A stretch of 64,000 bases of DNA from an uncultured Gammaproteobacteria bacterium (GTDB lineage Bacteria > Patescibacteriota > Patescibacteriia > UBA10025 > JAHIVO01): contig CAZQBL010000004.1 of the NCBI GenBank assembly GCA_964592105.1, positions 2,256 through 66,255 on the forward strand, in the 5' to 3' direction. Position numbers and translations under genes: made by a program. The notes below the pieces were generated by a model, which worked only from the letters and a program-made list of their open reading frames with translations, searched no databases and was not told the DNA's origin. Shown here piece by piece: positions 30,003 to 40,377 of this stretch (its first letter is position 1; every line of letters begins with the position of its first letter).

Positions 30003-31832
30003 TCATTTTTTCAAACGAAAGTCGTAAACATATATGGAATATCCAATTTTTTGCGTTGGGGTATAATTAAGTAACCAGCCATATTCTCTTTGCGGCGAAT
30101 ATAAACTGGTAATGCTTATGGCCACAACACAGTTTAGATTTTCAGTGCCATGAAAATTTTCAATATCTGGTAAATACCAATAATCAATACCGTAGTATTC
30201 CAGTTTAGCCTGACCGAAGTAGCTTAAACAAACATGGCTAATATTATTTTCTTCCATGTATTTTTTAAGTTTTTTTAAGTCCTGACCCCAATCGATATTA
30301 GAATCAACCAGGTATTTTGGCGCATTATCGGGTCCACCAACTAATTCGTTAAAATAGGCTAAATAATCAGGATAAATTAAAACTGAGCTCAGACAATAAT
30401 AAAATAGCAGTAGGCCAATAGACCAATTAAAAATTTTATTACCACGGTTTTTGAATTTTATGTTTACGAGAGACCCAGTGCCCACAAAAAGAAAAGGAAA
30501 AACTATTAATATATGCCTAATTCCCAAATTTAAGTGGCTAGTTAGACTCCAAGCAAAATAAATGAACGGCGGAATCACCAGCGCTACGGTCGAAAACGGT
30601 ATTTTGTTAAAAGCATTTTTGCATAAGTAATGATTATTTTTCAAATTGGTCATCAGTTTAGCGACTAAAAACCCGAAAAGAATAGTAAGCAAAACTAAAA
30701 AGGCAAGCGGTTCTTTGAAAACGAAGGCCAAAGGAAAATAGTACCACCAACCAAAGTTACTATATTTGCCCATTAAGTAAGACATGTGGCCGTAAAAATT
30801 ATGACTAAAGAGTTTGACAAGTCCGGCAAAGTAAGAATAAGCTGGAATTGGAACTTTTTCTGCTAAATATCTGATAATTTGGCCTGATGGTTTTCTTAGA
30901 TCGGTTAGGGGGACTATTTTATTTGCTATTGGAGACAATTCAGTCCGATTTTCCCGGATTAGCTCTTCCTGGAATTCGTATAAATTTTTTACGTTTGGGT
31001 CAGAATAAGCAGTTTTAAACTCAAAACGGTAGCTTATCAGGACTACTAGTAAAGAAATAACAAAAATAAAAACAAAATTTCTAAAAAACTTTTTTATGAT
31101 TTGACTTGGTGTGGCCAAATTTCTTGTTTTTAATAAATATAAGAAAAATAAAATAGGTAGTATTAATATCAGTATCAAGGATGAAAATTTGCTGGCTAAA
31201 GCAAACCCCAAAAATAAAGCCGTAAAAAATAAATTACTGTTTTTACCGGACTTGAGATATTTGTAAAAATAATATATGGTAATAAAGAAGAATAAAGTTA
31301 GTCCGACATCAGTGGTAATATACCGTCCATGGGCAATAAAATCTGGAGAAAAACAATATAGAGTCAGGGAAAATAAGCCGGGGATGACGCCAAATAACTC
31401 TTTTGACCATTTGAAAATAAAAAAAGCCAGAACCAAACTAAGTAACATCATCGGTAATCGACCTAACAATAAAATAGTATCAGCCGATACCGTGTTATCG
31501 TATATTAAATCCTTGGCGAAAAGCCATTCATTATAGCCATCCCAATTTGCTTTTGTAAAAGGTGAATCGAGTTTTTTAGAGATTATTAAAAGGGGCAGGG
31601 CTGCTAATTCCTTGATCAATGGGGGGTGCTCTTGATTCATGCGAAAATCATTTTTAAGCAAGTAACTATAGCCAGCCGCCAAGTGAACACCCTCATCAAC
31701 AGTCTGACTTTCTTTTAAGGACGTGCTAATCTGTATCAAGAACATAACTAGAAGCAGTAAAATTACGACGTAAATATATTTTTCTCTAATGAAATTCATA
31801 TAAATATGCTCGAAGAAATTATAGGGACGCAA
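30003..31832 (-). CDS. GT-C fold membrane glycosyltransferase, GT39/PMT-ArnT family
   Basis: The N-terminal loop DEGVHLAAGYSY...EHPPL is the PMT/ArnT-family signature, followed by more than 10 TM helices. Confidence 0.6.
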   Translation of the reverse strand: MRPYNFFEHIYMNFIREKYIYVVILLLLVMFLIQISTSLKESQTVDEGVHLAAGYSYLLKNDFRMNQEHPPLIKELAALPLLIISKKLDSPFTKANWDGYNEWLFAKDLIYDNTVSADTILLLGRLPMMLLSLVLAFFIFKWSKELFGVIPGLFSLTLYCFSPDFIAHGRYITTDVGLTLFFFITIYYFYKYLKSGKNSNLFFTALFLGFALASKFSSLILILILPILFFLYLLKTRNLATPSQIIKKFFRNFVFIFVISLLVVLISYRFEFKTAYSDPNVKNLYEFQEELIRENRTELSPIANKIVPLTDLRKPSGQIIRYLAEKVPIPAYSYFAGLVKLFSHNFYGHMSYLMGKYSNFGWWYYFPLAFVFKEPLAFLVLLTILFGFLVAKLMTNLKNNHYLCKNAFNKIPFSTVALVIPPFIYFAWSLTSHLNLGIRHILIVFPFLFVGTGSLVNIKFKNRGNKIFNWSIGLLLFYYCLSSVLIYPDYLAYFNELVGGPDNAPKYLVDSNIDWGQDLKKLKKYMEENNISHVCLSYFGQAKLEYYGIDYWYLPDIENFHGTENLNCVVAISITSLYSPQREYGWLLNYTPTQKIGYSIYVYDFRLKK

Positions 31833-32171
31833 ATAAACTTTTTTAAAAACAAGAATACTTATTTGTCATTTTTATTTTCATTGTGTTTGAATTTGATTTG
31901 CTGGATTTATTTATTTTTGAAAATAAAGCCGCAAGAAAATCCCATTTACCTTCATTATAACATCTACTCCGGCGTTGACCTAATTGGTGTTTGGTACTGG
32001 ATTTTTTATTTGCCGACCTTTGGGTTTTTAATTTTATTGGCGAATTTTGTTATTTCAAAATTTCTCTATTCACGGATTATTATACTCAGCTATCTAACCC
32101 AATGGTTAACCTTATTTTTACAAATTGTACTTTTAATAGCGACTCTATTAATCGTTAGACAAAATTTATAA
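31806..32171 (+). CDS. Small membrane protein (hypothetical, weak)
   Basis: 121 aa with 3 TM segments, directly upstream of mraY. It has no known motif and its 5' end overlaps the divergent GT39 start. Confidence 0.25.
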   Translation: MLEEIIGTQINFFKNKNTYLSFLFSLCLNLICWIYLFLKIKPQENPIYLHYNIYSGVDLIGVWYWIFYLPTFGFLILLANFVISKFLYSRIIILSYLTQWLTLFLQIVLLIATLLIVRQNL

Positions 32172-32173
32172 AT

Positions 32174-33223
32174 ATGAATATTGACGTCGATTTCAATATA
32201 ACCAAGGTTTTTTTATTGACAACCATCGCTTTCGTCATGACTATTTTATGGACACCATTTTTGACAAATTTTTTGTACCGGCATAAATTCGGTAAAAAAA
32301 TTAGATCAGAGGAATCAGCGCCAATATATTCAAAAATGCATCAAGCTAAATCCGGTACACCGACTATGGGCGGCCTGCTGATTTGGGTAACCACAGCGGT
32401 GCTAGCCATGGTTTTTTTTCTGCTCTCAAAAAGTGACCTTGACGGCTTTATTGAAAAACTTAATTTTTTAACCCGGTCTCAAACCTTATTGCCGCTTGGA
32501 GCTCTGATAGCTTCAGCTATAGTCGGCTTATTTGATGATCTTTTAAATATCCGGGGCATGGGGACTTCAGGGGGCGGCTTACGAGTCAGATATAAATTGA
32601 TTATTTATACTTTTATAGCCATTGTCGGCGCTTACTGGTTTTACTACAAGCTTGATTGGACAACACTCCATTTGCCTTTTATCGGTAATTTTGACATTGG
32701 TATTTGGTATATCCCATTTTTTATCGCAGTTATTGTCTCCACCGCTTTTTCAGTTAATGAAATTGATGGTTTAGACGGATTGGCTGGTGGCACGTTACTG
32801 GCCGCTTTTGGTGCTTATGGAGCTATCGCTTTTTCTCAAGGCAAGATTGAGTTAGCCAGTTTTTGTGGCGTTATTATCGGAGCGCTGTTGGCTTTTTTAT
32901 GGTTCAACATAAATCCAGCCAGATTTTTCATGGGAGATACCGGCGCTATGTCGTTGGGGGTTACTTTGGGGATTGTGGCCATGTTGACAAATAGCGCTTT
33001 ACTTTTACCAGTCATCGGTTTGCCTTTTGTGATTGTTTCCCTTTCCGTAATTATTCAAGTAATTTCAAAAAAATTGTTCAAAAAAAAGGTTTTTATCTCG
33101 GCGCCGCTACATCATCACCTTGAAGCTAAGGGTTGGCCTGAAGCAAAAATTGTCATGCGTTTTTGGATTATTGCCGGCGTGATGGCTGTTATCGGTTTTA
33201 TCTTGTATATGATTGATAAATAA
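32174..33223 (+). CDS. mraY: Phospho-N-acetylmuramoyl-pentapeptide transferase
   Basis: Polytopic membrane protein with the DTGAMSLG-like motif (MGDTGAMSLG) and NIDGLDGLAGG. Confidence 0.9.
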   Translation: MNIDVDFNITKVFLLTTIAFVMTILWTPFLTNFLYRHKFGKKIRSEESAPIYSKMHQAKSGTPTMGGLLIWVTTAVLAMVFFLLSKSDLDGFIEKLNFLTRSQTLLPLGALIASAIVGLFDDLLNIRGMGTSGGGLRVRYKLIIYTFIAIVGAYWFYYKLDWTTLHLPFIGNFDIGIWYIPFFIAVIVSTAFSVNEIDGLDGLAGGTLLAAFGAYGAIAFSQGKIELASFCGVIIGALLAFLWFNINPARFFMGDTGAMSLGVTLGIVAMLTNSALLLPVIGLPFVIVSLSVIIQVISKKLFKKKVFISAPLHHHLEAKGWPEAKIVMRFWIIAGVMAVIGFILYMIDK

Positions 33224-33305
33224 AGACCTTAGGACGTGCCCGCCTTGAGCCGCGGCTGCCTGTTTTGTATTTTAATTATGCTTTAGATGTGTTATATTTC
33301 ATGAT

Positions 33306-34697
33306 ATGAAGCCGCAACCTTTAATGAAAAACAAGCGGGTTACTGTCATGGGCTTGGGTTTGCATGGTGGTGGATTAGCCACGGTAAATTGGCTTTTAAA
33401 AAATCAAGCCCGGGTAACTGTTACTGATTTGAGAAGTAAAAAAATTTTAAAGCCCGCTTTGAAGAAAATAAAAAAAAGCAAAAGAATAAATTTTGTTTTG
33501 GGTTATCATCGGTTAGCTGATTTTAAAAAAGCAGATTATATTTTCAAAAATCCTGGAGTGCCCAAAGAATCAAATTTTTTGAAAATAGCCAAAAGCAATA
33601 ACATCCCTATTGAAACTGATTTAAGTTATTTTTTTAAGCTTTGTCAGTCACCAATCATTGGCATAACCGGAACCAAAGGAAAATCAACAACAACCACTCT
33701 TATCTACGAAATTTTGAAAAAATCTGGTCGTCAGGTTTTTATTGGTGGCAACATTAGAGTTTCCCCGTTAAATTTTTTATCCGAAACAAGTCCTCAGACT
33801 ATTGTTATACTTGAATTATCATCCTGGCAGCTTGAAGACATGAGCCATCTGCATCGTAGTCCGCATTTAGCCGTAATAACAAATATTTTACCCGATCATC
33901 TGAATCGTTATCGAAATTTTAACGAATACGTTGATGCAAAAAAGCTGATTATTAAATGGCAAGATAAGCGAGACCTGGCCGTTATAAATTATGACAATGC
34001 TTCAGCCCGTAAACTTGGAAGAATTGTAAAATCACGGCGTTTTTGGTTCACAACAAGGAGAGTTAATGAGGTCAACGCTTGTTTTGTCAAAAACGGCTGG
34101 ATAATCTTTAGGGTGAACGGGCGAACAGAAAGGGTTTGTAAAATCGAAAAAATAAAATTAATGGGTAGGCATAATTTGCAAAATATTCTTGCTGCTGTGG
34201 CGGTGGCCAAAGTTTACGGCGTGAAGAATAAAGTAATCTGTTCAGTTCTAGAATCTTTCGACGGAGTTCCTGGCCGACTGCAGCTCATCAGAACATATAA
34301 AGGGCGTGATTTTTATAATGATACCACAGCCACCGCTCCCATCAGTACCGTGGCCGCTTTGGATTGCTTTAAAAACAGAGAGATAATTCTATTAGCCGGC
34401 GGATCTGACAAAAATCTTTACTATGAAGCACTGGCGCGCAAGATAAAAAAAAGTGTTGCCAAGACAATTTTATTCAAAGGAACGGCCACTAACAAAATAT
34501 TGCGTTGCCTAAAAAAGCTAAACTACCGAAATTACTCAATCGTCTCAAATATGAAACAAGCAGTAAAATTAGCTTGGGCTTCATCCTCTGAAAAATCGCT
34601 AATTTTATTATCGCCTGGAGCCGCCAGCTTCGGAATATTTTTAAACGAATTTGACCGCGGCGACCAATTTGTTCAAGCCGTGAAATTAATAAAGTAA
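33306..34697 (+). CDS. murD: UDP-N-acetylmuramoylalanine--D-glutamate ligase
   Basis: Mur ligase P-loop GITGTKGKSTTTTL. Its position between mraY and ftsW matches the canonical dcw order. Confidence 0.75.
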   Translation: MKPQPLMKNKRVTVMGLGLHGGGLATVNWLLKNQARVTVTDLRSKKILKPALKKIKKSKRINFVLGYHRLADFKKADYIFKNPGVPKESNFLKIAKSNNIPIETDLSYFFKLCQSPIIGITGTKGKSTTTTLIYEILKKSGRQVFIGGNIRVSPLNFLSETSPQTIVILELSSWQLEDMSHLHRSPHLAVITNILPDHLNRYRNFNEYVDAKKLIIKWQDKRDLAVINYDNASARKLGRIVKSRRFWFTTRRVNEVNACFVKNGWIIFRVNGRTERVCKIEKIKLMGRHNLQNILAAVAVAKVYGVKNKVICSVLESFDGVPGRLQLIRTYKGRDFYNDTTATAPISTVAALDCFKNREIILLAGGSDKNLYYEALARKIKKSVAKTILFKGTATNKILRCLKKLNYRNYSIVSNMKQAVKLAWASSSEKSLILLSPGAASFGIFLNEFDRGDQFVQAVKLIK

Positions 34698-35801
34698 ATG
34701 GCCATAAAAACACACAAAGCAGACTACACCTTGATTCTGATAATTGCCGTTATTCTTGTTTTTGGGCTGGTCATGCTTTCTTCGGCCAGTTCTTTTTTGG
34801 GTTTTGAAAAATTTAACGACAGCAATTACTACCTCAAACATCAACTGCTTAATGGCTTAAGCATTGGTTTAGGGGCTTTTTTCCTGCTATCAAGGATAGA
34901 TTATCATGTCTGGAAGAAATTCGCCCTGTTTTTAATGATTTTAAATGTTTTTTTATTATTAGCAATTTTTATTCCGGGACTAGGCTTCGGCTATGGTGGG
35001 GCCAGACGCTGGATTCAGCTTGGGTTTTTTACTATTCAACCGTCGGAAATTTTAAAATTAGTTTTTATACTTTACTTATCCACCTTGTTTGCAAAAAATA
35101 TCGAACACATAAAAGATCCTAACTATGGCTTGATACCGTTTTTGGTAATTTTAGGGGCCTCGGCTATCTTAATTATGAGGCAGCCGGATATGGGTACTTT
35201 AATTATTATTATCCTAATTGCTCTGTCCATTTATTTTGTGGCCGGAGCATCCTGGAAACATTTATTGTGGCTTATCTTGGGATCAGGGGCATTGTTTTTG
35301 TTGTTAATAAAAATCGCACCTTACCGGACGGCTCGACTTACTGTTTTTTTAAACCCAGCCATTGATCCGCAGGGCATAGGTTATCACATTAACCAGGCGC
35401 TTTTGGCGATTGGGAGTGGCGGTTTTTTTGGTTTAGGGTTAGGCCATTCTCGACAAAAATTGCTTTATCTGCCAGAGGTGACCGGAGATTCAATTTTTGC
35501 CATAATTGCCGAGGAAGTCGGCTTTTTATTTTCTTTTGTCCTGATTGCCTTATTTTTAGCTTTAATGTATAAAGGCTTTCAAATAGCTAAGCATGCACCA
35601 GATACTTTTGGCCGTTTAGTGGCAACTGGTATTACTGCCTGGTTCGTGCTACAAGCCTTTATCAACATCGCCGCGATGGTTACTTTAGTTCCGTTAACCG
35701 GTATCCCTTTACCTTTTGTCAGTTACGGCAGTACGGCATTGGCAGTTTCTCTGGCCGCAACGGGAATTTTGGTTAATATTTCTAAACAAACAAACCAATG
35801 A
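34698..35801 (+). CDS. ftsW: Peptidoglycan glycosyltransferase FtsW (SEDS family)
   Basis: A 10-TM SEDS protein located between murD and murG. Confidence 0.8.
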   Translation: MAIKTHKADYTLILIIAVILVFGLVMLSSASSFLGFEKFNDSNYYLKHQLLNGLSIGLGAFFLLSRIDYHVWKKFALFLMILNVFLLLAIFIPGLGFGYGGARRWIQLGFFTIQPSEILKLVFILYLSTLFAKNIEHIKDPNYGLIPFLVILGASAILIMRQPDMGTLIIIILIALSIYFVAGASWKHLLWLILGSGALFLLLIKIAPYRTARLTVFLNPAIDPQGIGYHINQALLAIGSGGFFGLGLGHSRQKLLYLPEVTGDSIFAIIAEEVGFLFSFVLIALFLALMYKGFQIAKHAPDTFGRLVATGITAWFVLQAFINIAAMVTLVPLTGIPLPFVSYGSTALAVSLAATGILVNISKQTNQ

Positions 35802-36868
35802 TCAAGTTAGTAATTTCCGGTGGTGGTACGGCCGGATCAGTTATGCCTCTAGTAACTATCGCCAGTAAGCTTAGCCGTCTGAACCCAGAAAATAAAGTTT
35901 TATTTATTGGTACGCGGCACGGACATGCCGAAAGGGAAATTATTGCCAGGTACAATTTCTACTCAAACAAAATATTTTGCGGTAAGCTAAGACGATATTT
36001 TGATTTACGCAATTTATTTGACGTGTTTTTGACGTTGGTCGGTTTTTTCCAATCACTAGTGATTTTAGCCAAATTCAAGCCGGATGTAATTATGGGTGCG
36101 GGCGGCTATGTTTCTGTGCCAGTCATTTGGGCCGCTTGGCTTCTAAGAAAAAAAATATTTATTCATCAACAAGATCTAAAGCCTTCACTGTCCAATATTC
36201 TGGTAAAAGGCCTGGCTGATAAAATTACCGTATCTTTTAAAAAATCCTTAAATTATTTTCCATTAAGCAAAACTAGCTGGACTGGTAATCCTGTTCGAGA
36301 AGATTTAGAAACAGCCGATGCCGAGCTGGCCTATCAAAAATATTCTTTGAAAAAGGGGCTCCCTTTGGTCTTGATCATTGGAGGTAGCAGCGGTGCGGTT
36401 TTTTTAAATTCAATTGTTTTATCATGCCTACCAAAATTACTCGAATTTTGTCAGGTTGTCCACATAACAGGTTTTGGAAAAAAGGTCGCCATGGAAAACA
36501 GCGAACGATTCAAACAGTTTGAATTTATAACTGATGATTTGGTCCATCTGATGAAAGCCTCTGATCTTATAGTTTCCCGTGCCGGTCTTTCGGTTATTAC
36601 TGAGTTATCCTTTTTAAAAAAACCGGCAATAATAATTCCCATCAAAGATTCTCACCAGGAAGATAACGCCCTGTTTTTACAGGAAGAAAATGCGGCTTGT
36701 GTGATATTTCAAAGCCAACTATCGCCCTCAATCCTTTTAGGTAAAATAAGTGGTATACTGAATGATAAGAATGCGCAAGACATATATTCACAAAATATTT
36801 CCCGAATTTTCAAGCCTCGGGCTAGCGATGAAATACTGGATCAATTATTAAGTTTGATTAAAAAATGA
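35798..36868 (+). CDS. murG: Undecaprenyl-PP-MurNAc-pentapeptide GlcNAc transferase
   Basis: The N-terminus ISGGGTAGSVMP and the C-terminal GT28 domain. Confidence 0.8.
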   Translation: MIKLVISGGGTAGSVMPLVTIASKLSRLNPENKVLFIGTRHGHAEREIIARYNFYSNKIFCGKLRRYFDLRNLFDVFLTLVGFFQSLVILAKFKPDVIMGAGGYVSVPVIWAAWLLRKKIFIHQQDLKPSLSNILVKGLADKITVSFKKSLNYFPLSKTSWTGNPVREDLETADAELAYQKYSLKKGLPLVLIIGGSSGAVFLNSIVLSCLPKLLEFCQVVHITGFGKKVAMENSERFKQFEFITDDLVHLMKASDLIVSRAGLSVITELSFLKKPAIIIPIKDSHQEDNALFLQEENAACVIFQSQLSPSILLGKISGILNDKNAQDIYSQNISRIFKPRASDEILDQLLSLIKK

Positions 36869-38223
36869 AGCTACCTCGCAGTGTCCATTTTATCGGAATT
36901 GGCGGTATTGGCATCTCGGGATTAGCCAAGATATTTTTGGAATTTGGTTTGAAAGTTTCCGGCTCTGATTTATTTGACTCGCCAGGCATAAGATACTTGA
37001 AAAATAATAAAGCAAACATTAAGATCGGCAGGCACCGCGCCGAGAATGTAGCCGATGATGTGGAATTGGTGGTTTATACCAACGCAATAAAAAAAAATAA
37101 TCCTGAATATAGGGCGGCGCAGAGAAAGGGAATTAAGTTGATGAGTTATCCGCAATGCGTGGGTCGCTTGCTTCAAGATTATATTCCGTTGGTCGTATCC
37201 GGAACTCACGGTAAAAGCACGACGACGGCCATGTTGGCGAAAATATTTTTGTCGGCCGGTTTGGATCCTTCAATACTGGTGGGGACTAAAATCAAAGAGT
37301 GCGATAACAACAATTCTCGCCTCGGCCTGGGCCGACATTTTATCTTAGAGGGCGATGAATACAAAGAAGCTTTTTTGAATTATTCTCCGCTTGGATTGAT
37401 TATCAATAATATTGAAGCCGACCATTTGGATTATTATAAGAATGAATCAGCTATCATCAGAGCTTTCCAAAAACTAGCCCGAAAAGTTCCGGCTAAGGGA
37501 TTCGTTATTGCTAATGCCGATGATGCAAACGTCATGAAATCGGTGCGTGGCGTAAAATGTCGGTTGATTACTTATGGTCTTAAACATGGTGATTACCAGG
37601 CCATGCATATTAGACGGTACGGAGAATTGACCAGATTTGCCGTCAAGGGTCCGGAAAATTTTGATTTGGCCCTAAAAGTGCCGGGTTTGCATAATGTACA
37701 AAATGCTTTAGCGGCTTGTGTCTTGGCCTTGACCTTTAGGATAAGTCTGGAAACTATTAAAAAAGCACTACTGGCTTATGAGGGAGCTTGGCGTAGATTC
37801 GAAATTAAAAGTAAAAAAAGGGGGATTTTGTTTATCGACGATTATGCCCATCATCCTACAGAAATTAAAGTAACATTAGCCACCGCACGCCAACTTTTTA
37901 TCGGTCGGAGAATTTGGTGTGTTTTTCAACCTCATAGCCAAGATAGAACCAGAAAATTATTCAGTGGCTTCGTCAGCGCTTTTAAAGATTGTGATTGGCT
38001 GGTTTTGACGGAAATTTACCACGTGGCCGGCCGTGAAAATACCCGCCCTTTTTCGGCAAAAAGTCTTTATAAAGAAATAAAAACTTATAAAAAAAACTGT
38101 ATTTATTTTAAAAATTACAAAACTATCCCAAGGATTTTAAGTAAAAAACTAATTTCAGGCGATGTGGTCATAACCATGGGCGCTGGAAACATTACGGAAA
38201 TTAGCGATGGTTATCTGAAATAA
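36865..38223 (+). CDS. murC: UDP-N-acetylmuramate--L-alanine ligase
   Basis: VHFIGIGGIGISGLA...GTHGKSTTTAM. Confidence 0.85.
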   Translation: MKLPRSVHFIGIGGIGISGLAKIFLEFGLKVSGSDLFDSPGIRYLKNNKANIKIGRHRAENVADDVELVVYTNAIKKNNPEYRAAQRKGIKLMSYPQCVGRLLQDYIPLVVSGTHGKSTTTAMLAKIFLSAGLDPSILVGTKIKECDNNNSRLGLGRHFILEGDEYKEAFLNYSPLGLIINNIEADHLDYYKNESAIIRAFQKLARKVPAKGFVIANADDANVMKSVRGVKCRLITYGLKHGDYQAMHIRRYGELTRFAVKGPENFDLALKVPGLHNVQNALAACVLALTFRISLETIKKALLAYEGAWRRFEIKSKKRGILFIDDYAHHPTEIKVTLATARQLFIGRRIWCVFQPHSQDRTRKLFSGFVSAFKDCDWLVLTEIYHVAGRENTRPFSAKSLYKEIKTYKKNCIYFKNYKTIPRILSKKLISGDVVITMGAGNITEISDGYLK

Positions 38224-38260
38224 AAACGGCCAGTCTTTTTACTGGCCGTGTTTTTGTGCA
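38224..38260. terminator. Bidirectional intrinsic terminator between convergent murC and the antisense gene
   Basis: aaaaACGGCCAGTctttttACTGGCCGTgttttt is a perfect 9-bp stem. Confidence 0.5.
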
Positions 38261-39258
38261 AAGAGCATGATGATGTCACCGGGCTCGACCTCGGTGTTGT
38301 TTAAAACCTGAAATCCAACTAAATAGCCGGGGCCAGGTGATTTTATGGTTTCGATTATTTCGTTTTCTGATGAGTTAATTGTAGCAATTTCCTCACCACT
38401 AACTATAAAATCAAAAAACTGGCGAGGCCGAAGTGTGGTGTGTCCTTTTTTTAATTCCGATTCTAAATTGATATAGTGCACGCGTCCTCGGCTGCTGGCG
38501 AGAATTGGTTTCAAATCGTAGATTTCTGCTGAGTGTCCGATTTTGACGGGAACGTGTGGCGGAATGTAGATTTGTATACTTGGATTTCTGGGTAGAACGA
38601 ATTTTTCACCAACCTCAAAAATTTTGGGGATAACAACGCGTCTGGATAATTTCTTAGCATAAATCAAGATAATGTCTTTTTTCCTAACTTCGGTTCCGTC
38701 CAAAACTTGAAAACTCACAACCTGCCCAGCTTCTCTAGAATAAAGTAAAATTTCTTTTTGTCTTGTGGTAGTTACGATACCAATTTTTTCGTGAGTACCG
38801 AAGAAATCCAGAAACGACCAGTTATTGGAGAATTGATCGATCTTACCTGGGGACGAAGTGTAATTAAAAATACCGGCGGCCGGACTATATAGGGCGCTCA
38901 GTTCGTACCACTCAATAGTCCCGGCAATTGACATTCTCAAAAATAGCGGTATCCAAATCTGCAATCTTCTGTTTCTGGGCAATTTGGTGACCACGTAATT
39001 ATTAACCGGAACAACGACATCTGACAGTATCAGAATTTTACTTTTTGGAAATTTGATGGGCTTGTCCGGTTCGATCACCGCAATTTTTCCTACATTAATT
39101 TCTTTTTTTTTAGCCCAGCGATGATCGGCTGACAAATTGAATTCACGACGGATATAAATCCTTCCCCCAAACTCTTTGATCTCTATTTCGCCAATAAGCG
39201 GGCTTTTATCTAAAAGTTCGATTAGCGACTTAAGGTGTTTTAAGGTTGGAAAAAGCAT
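38239..39258 (-). CDS. Hypothetical protein with duplicated biotinyl/lipoyl-like (barrel-sandwich hybrid) motifs
   Basis: 339 aa with internal repeats (VVSFQVLDGTEVRKKDIILIYAKK and YLVGFQVLNNTEVEPGDIIMLFAQK) that resemble the Gx-V-x-G-D-x-L-x-x-E-K hybrid motif. It is encoded antisense inside the dcw cluster. Confidence 0.35.
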   Translation of the reverse strand: MLFPTLKHLKSLIELLDKSPLIGEIEIKEFGGRIYIRREFNLSADHRWAKKKEINVGKIAVIEPDKPIKFPKSKILILSDVVVPVNNYVVTKLPRNRRLQIWIPLFLRMSIAGTIEWYELSALYSPAAGIFNYTSSPGKIDQFSNNWSFLDFFGTHEKIGIVTTTRQKEILLYSREAGQVVSFQVLDGTEVRKKDIILIYAKKLSRRVVIPKIFEVGEKFVLPRNPSIQIYIPPHVPVKIGHSAEIYDLKPILASSRGRVHYINLESELKKGHTTLRPRQFFDFIVSGEEIATINSSENEIIETIKSPGPGYLVGFQVLNNTEVEPGDIIMLFAQKHGQ

Positions 39259-39299
39259 TTTTTACCTCTTTTTTTAAAGTTCGTTATAGGTTTTAGTTT

Positions 39300-39328
39300 T
39301 GCTAAAGATTAGCAAAATATGCTACAAT
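39300..39328 (+). promoter_or_regulatory. Putative promoter for murB with an extended -10 (TGcTACAAT) and a weak -35
   Basis: The -10 hexamer lies 10 nt upstream of the murB ATG at 39338. Confidence 0.25.
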
Positions 39329-39337
39329 GTCAAGGCC

Positions 39338-40231
39338 ATGGAAGAACAACTCAAAAAATTAAAAACAAAATTAATTGGCCTTAAGACAGACGAGCCTCTG
39401 GCCCAGTTTACAACTTTTAAAATCGGTGGCCCGGCGAAATATTTTTTTATTGCCCATGATAATAATTCAATTATCAAAGCGGTTAAACTAGCACGTGAAC
39501 TGGAGATAAATTATTTTATTTTAGGTAACGGTAGTAATATTTTAATTTCAGATAAGGGTTTTGACGGACTGGTAATAAAAATGGAGAATACAAAAATATC
39601 ATTTGAGGATAAGCTAGTTAGGGCAGAATCTGGTTTGCCACTACAAAAACTAATCAGAGAAACAATCGCAAAAAAATTGTCGGGTTTGGAATTTTTAATT
39701 GGGATTCCTGGAACCGTGGGCGGAGGTGTGGCCGGCAACGTAGGCACGCCTACTGATTGGATAGGCGAGAAAGTGACTGAGGTGGAAATTTTGAACGCAG
39801 AAAGTGAAATTGCAATCGTGCCTAAGTCGCAATGCGATTTTTCGTATAGATTTAGCCGTTTTAAATATAATGATAAAGAAGTAATTTTGACCGTTAACTT
39901 TAAACTGGAAAAAGCCCCGTCTGACGTTATCCAAAAGAAGGTTACGGATTTTTTAAATAACCGCTCACATCAGCCAACAGCTAAACCTTGCGCCGGTTCA
40001 ATTTTTAAAAATCCAGAAGGTAAAAAGGCCTGGAAAATAATCGATGAAGTTGGTTTGAGGGGCAAACAAATTGGCGGGGCCAAAGTTTCTGATGAGCATG
40101 CTAATTTTATTATCAATACTGGCACGGCCAAAGCTGAAGATGTAGTTATCCTCATTAGCTACATAAAACAGCAAGTTCGCGATCAGCTCGGGTATCAGCT
40201 CCAGGAGGAAATAAAGTACGTTGGTTTTTAA
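39338..40231 (+). CDS. murB: UDP-N-acetylenolpyruvoylglucosamine reductase
   Basis: FAD-binding N-terminal domain (FKIGGPAKYFFIAHD...ILGNGSNIL) and a C-terminal MurB domain. The start is set at MEEQ with RBS-like AAGG, not at the ORF-track start. Confidence 0.8.
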   Translation: MEEQLKKLKTKLIGLKTDEPLAQFTTFKIGGPAKYFFIAHDNNSIIKAVKLARELEINYFILGNGSNILISDKGFDGLVIKMENTKISFEDKLVRAESGLPLQKLIRETIAKKLSGLEFLIGIPGTVGGGVAGNVGTPTDWIGEKVTEVEILNAESEIAIVPKSQCDFSYRFSRFKYNDKEVILTVNFKLEKAPSDVIQKKVTDFLNNRSHQPTAKPCAGSIFKNPEGKKAWKIIDEVGLRGKQIGGAKVSDEHANFIINTGTAKAEDVVILISYIKQQVRDQLGYQLQEEIKYVGF

Positions 40232-40377
40232 AAAAATAAATTAAGTTGAGTAATATGCCAGCTTTTTCACTCTTTCGATACTTGCATATTTTTTTATCAG
40301 ATTATAAAATTAATAAGTAAAAATAATGTGGATAACTTTTATTTTCAAAAATCTAATTTTTTATCTTACATGAGTGA

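Noticed and set aside
33224-33305. GC-rich segment (gacgtgcccgccttgagccgcggctgcctgtttt) after mraY as an intrinsic terminator
   Set aside because: It contains the palindrome AGCCGCGGCT but no stem-loop with a viable loop plus T-run could be drawn. Left unannotated.
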